Virus record (IMG/VR): IMGVR_UViG_3300028840_002431
Coordinates: 1 to 64,000 of that record
Length of the DNA: 64,000 nt
Reading direction: 5' to 3' (one strand)
Position 1 is the first letter of the stretch. Every line of letters begins with the position of its first letter. Both the position numbers and the translations under genes were made by a program. Below the pieces are notes generated by a model. That model searched no databases. It was given only the letters and a program-made list of their open reading frames with translations, and was not told where the DNA came from. Below, piece after piece: positions 62,695 to 64,000 of this stretch.

Positions 62695-62745
62695 CATGAT
62701 ATACACCGGAAAAGGGAAGTCAAGTTCTTATTTGTGCCGGTGTAA
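62695..62745. promoter_or_regulatory. Divergent promoter region with inverted TACACCGG/CCGGTGTA repeats
   Basis: GGTGTA on minus (62702-62707) and plus (62739-62744); minus strand also reads TTGACT-N16-TATCAT. Confidence 0.55.
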
Positions 62746-62753
62746 GATCCAAG

Positions 62754-63065
62754 ATGAGCCTCCCGGATAAATTCTTCGCTGGGTTCCCGGATGAAACTCA
62801 GGCTTCAAGATCCACGGTCCTCGACTACATCTACGACACCTTGGACGATTGGATGTTGGAAGGGAACGGGACCGCCGTTGACGAGGTGCTCGACCGAGTA
62901 GATGTGGACTCTTGCGAACTCGTGTACCTGATCGGGTACCTCACGATCACGGGACAATGGAAACATAAGCTGACCAAACGGGACGAGTTCTACAACCGGG
63001 TAAGGAGCAGAGTCTTGCAGGAGGAACCAGAACGAGTCATTCCCCTCCTGCAAGGACTACGCTAA
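62754..63065 (+). CDS. Hypothetical protein (only plus-strand gene)
   Basis: 103-aa ORF in otherwise non-coding space; GGTGTAA motif 11 nt before ATG. Confidence 0.7.
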   Translation: MSLPDKFFAGFPDETQASRSTVLDYIYDTLDDWMLEGNGTAVDEVLDRVDVDSCELVYLIGYLTITGQWKHKLTKRDEFYNRVRSRVLQEEPERVIPLLQGLR

Positions 63066-63220
63066 TCCGACAGTTGAGCCTGAATCTCGGCCTTAGCTCG
63101 ACGACGAACCCGCGTTTCGATAGCCTTTTCAGCGGCGTTCGGAGCACGCTTCGGGGCATGACCATGACGGACAACCCAAGACTTGCGCCCACCCGCCTTA
63201 CGATATGATCCGTTCCTCAT
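63062..63220 (-). CDS. Small basic protein (52 aa)
   Basis: MRNGSYRKAGGRKSWVVRHGHAPKRAPNAAEKAIETRVRRRAKAEIQAQLSD; start placed after the terminator rather than at 63358. Confidence 0.5.
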   Translation of the reverse strand: MRNGSYRKAGGRKSWVVRHGHAPKRAPNAAEKAIETRVRRRAKAEIQAQLSD

Positions 63221-63250
63221 GTTTGGTCTACCGCTGGGGTCCCAAAAACC

Positions 63251-63288
63251 TAAATAAAACGCCCACGAACCTAAGCTCGTGGGCGTTT
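63251..63288 (-). terminator. Intrinsic terminator after the HNH gene
   Basis: AAACGCCCACGAGC-TTAG-GTTCGTGGGCGTTT then TATTT. Confidence 0.85.
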
Positions 63289-63294
63289 GAGGGT

Positions 63295-63834
63295 TTATCC
63301 AGCCGCCAACATGTGCCGGGGCGTGCCTCCCAGATAGAAGGACCACTCCTCCGGACACATCTCGATCGGAATCGCTGGCATGGGAAGCGGTAGAGACTTG
63401 GGCCTGTACGGTTTCCTAAGCAACCTCATCTTGGCTTGCCTGGGAGTACGACCGGCCTTACGGGCATTACAGGCGTAGCACGCCGTGACAATGTTGATCC
63501 AGTTAGTCTTACCGCCCTGGTTCCTCGGGGTCACGTGATCGTAGTTCAACTCACGACGCGGAAGCCGATTCCCACAGTACTGGCAGGTGAAGTTGTCACG
63601 AGTCAGAACGTTGATCCGCGAGAACTTGACACCCTTCTTGTGGGTCGGGATTTTGGACGTAAGTCTAGCTACGGACGGAATCTGGTAGGTCACACTCGGA
63701 GACGACACGGTCTCGTCGTAAGACTCCAAGACCTCGATCTCTCCCATGTAGAGCCGACAGATAGCGTCCTGCCAAGGAACGATTCGGTGTGGTTGCATCC
63801 ACGGGGTCAGTAATAGTGTATGGAACTCAGACAT
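63295..63834 (-). CDS. HNH endonuclease (McrA-like)
   Basis: FSRINVLTRDNFTCQYCG...DHVTPRNQGG...NIVTACYACNARK. Confidence 0.92.
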   Translation of the reverse strand: MSEFHTLLLTPWMQPHRIVPWQDAICRLYMGEIEVLESYDETVSSPSVTYQIPSVARLTSKIPTHKKGVKFSRINVLTRDNFTCQYCGNRLPRRELNYDHVTPRNQGGKTNWINIVTACYACNARKAGRTPRQAKMRLLRKPYRPKSLPLPMPAIPIEMCPEEWSFYLGGTPRHMLAAG

Positions 63835-63894
63835 TGTCCTAACGCCTCATCAGCGCCTCCTTGTTAAGGTTATTCTCTGGGCCTCTCACACCCG

Positions 63895-64000
63895 CTAATC
63901 TTTATCAGACATCTTTACGACGATCTCATCATGGACCAACTGAGCCAGATGGGAGAAGATCTCTACAACGTCGCAGTGCCTGAAAGCGTCTTCTAACTCG
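63895..64000 (-). CDS. 3' end of a gene entering from the right edge
   Basis: Open frame ELEDAFRHCDVVEIFSHLAQLVHDEIVVKMSDKD* ending with TAG at 63895. Confidence 0.5.
   Translation of the reverse strand, partial: ELEDAFRHCDVVEIFSHLAQLVHDEIVVKMSDKD

Noticed and set aside
63840-63862. CTGATGA upstream of the HNH gene resembling a hammerhead ribozyme core
   Set aside because: There is no stem II followed by GAAA and no compatible stem I/III pairing.

Overview
A 64-kb piece of a large tailed-phage (probably jumbo myovirus-like) genome, densely coded, with every supported gene on the minus strand except one (62754-63065). Reading right to left, it holds an accessory end (HNH nuclease, vWA protein, GroEL), then a replication/recombination module: Pol III delta'/delta, class II RNR, NAD-dependent ligase, RecD2, DEDDh exonuclease, SSB, RuvC, RecA, SbcC split over two genes, SbcD, PD-(D/E)XK nuclease, beta clamp, minimal primase and gamma/tau. 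A transcription cassette follows (NusG-like domain fused to a 5'-3' exonuclease, and a tandem sigma-region-4 protein). The head module comes next: Ig-like protein, terminase, three decoration-protein paralogs, portal, prohead protease, scaffold, decoration protein, major capsid protein, small putative head-cargo proteins and UDG. The window ends in a collagen-like fibre gene of at least 1,900 codons that runs off the left edge and is absent from the ORF track. The most notable unexplained signals are: (i) a shared N-terminal R-[VI]-x-x-R-[FY]-x-x-A peptide on five unrelated proteins, a candidate capsid-targeting and cleavage signal; (ii) a GGTGTA(G/A) motif 10-12 nt before SD-less start codons, a candidate phage promoter giving leaderless mRNAs; (iii) the NusG-exonuclease fusion; (iv) an SbcC split at its zinc hook with a candidate third coiled-coil piece; (v) structured 5' leaders on the SSB, vWA and capsid-operon genes. 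Family assignments come from motif recognition only; no database searches were run. No tRNA, rRNA, CRISPR array or IS element was recognised.
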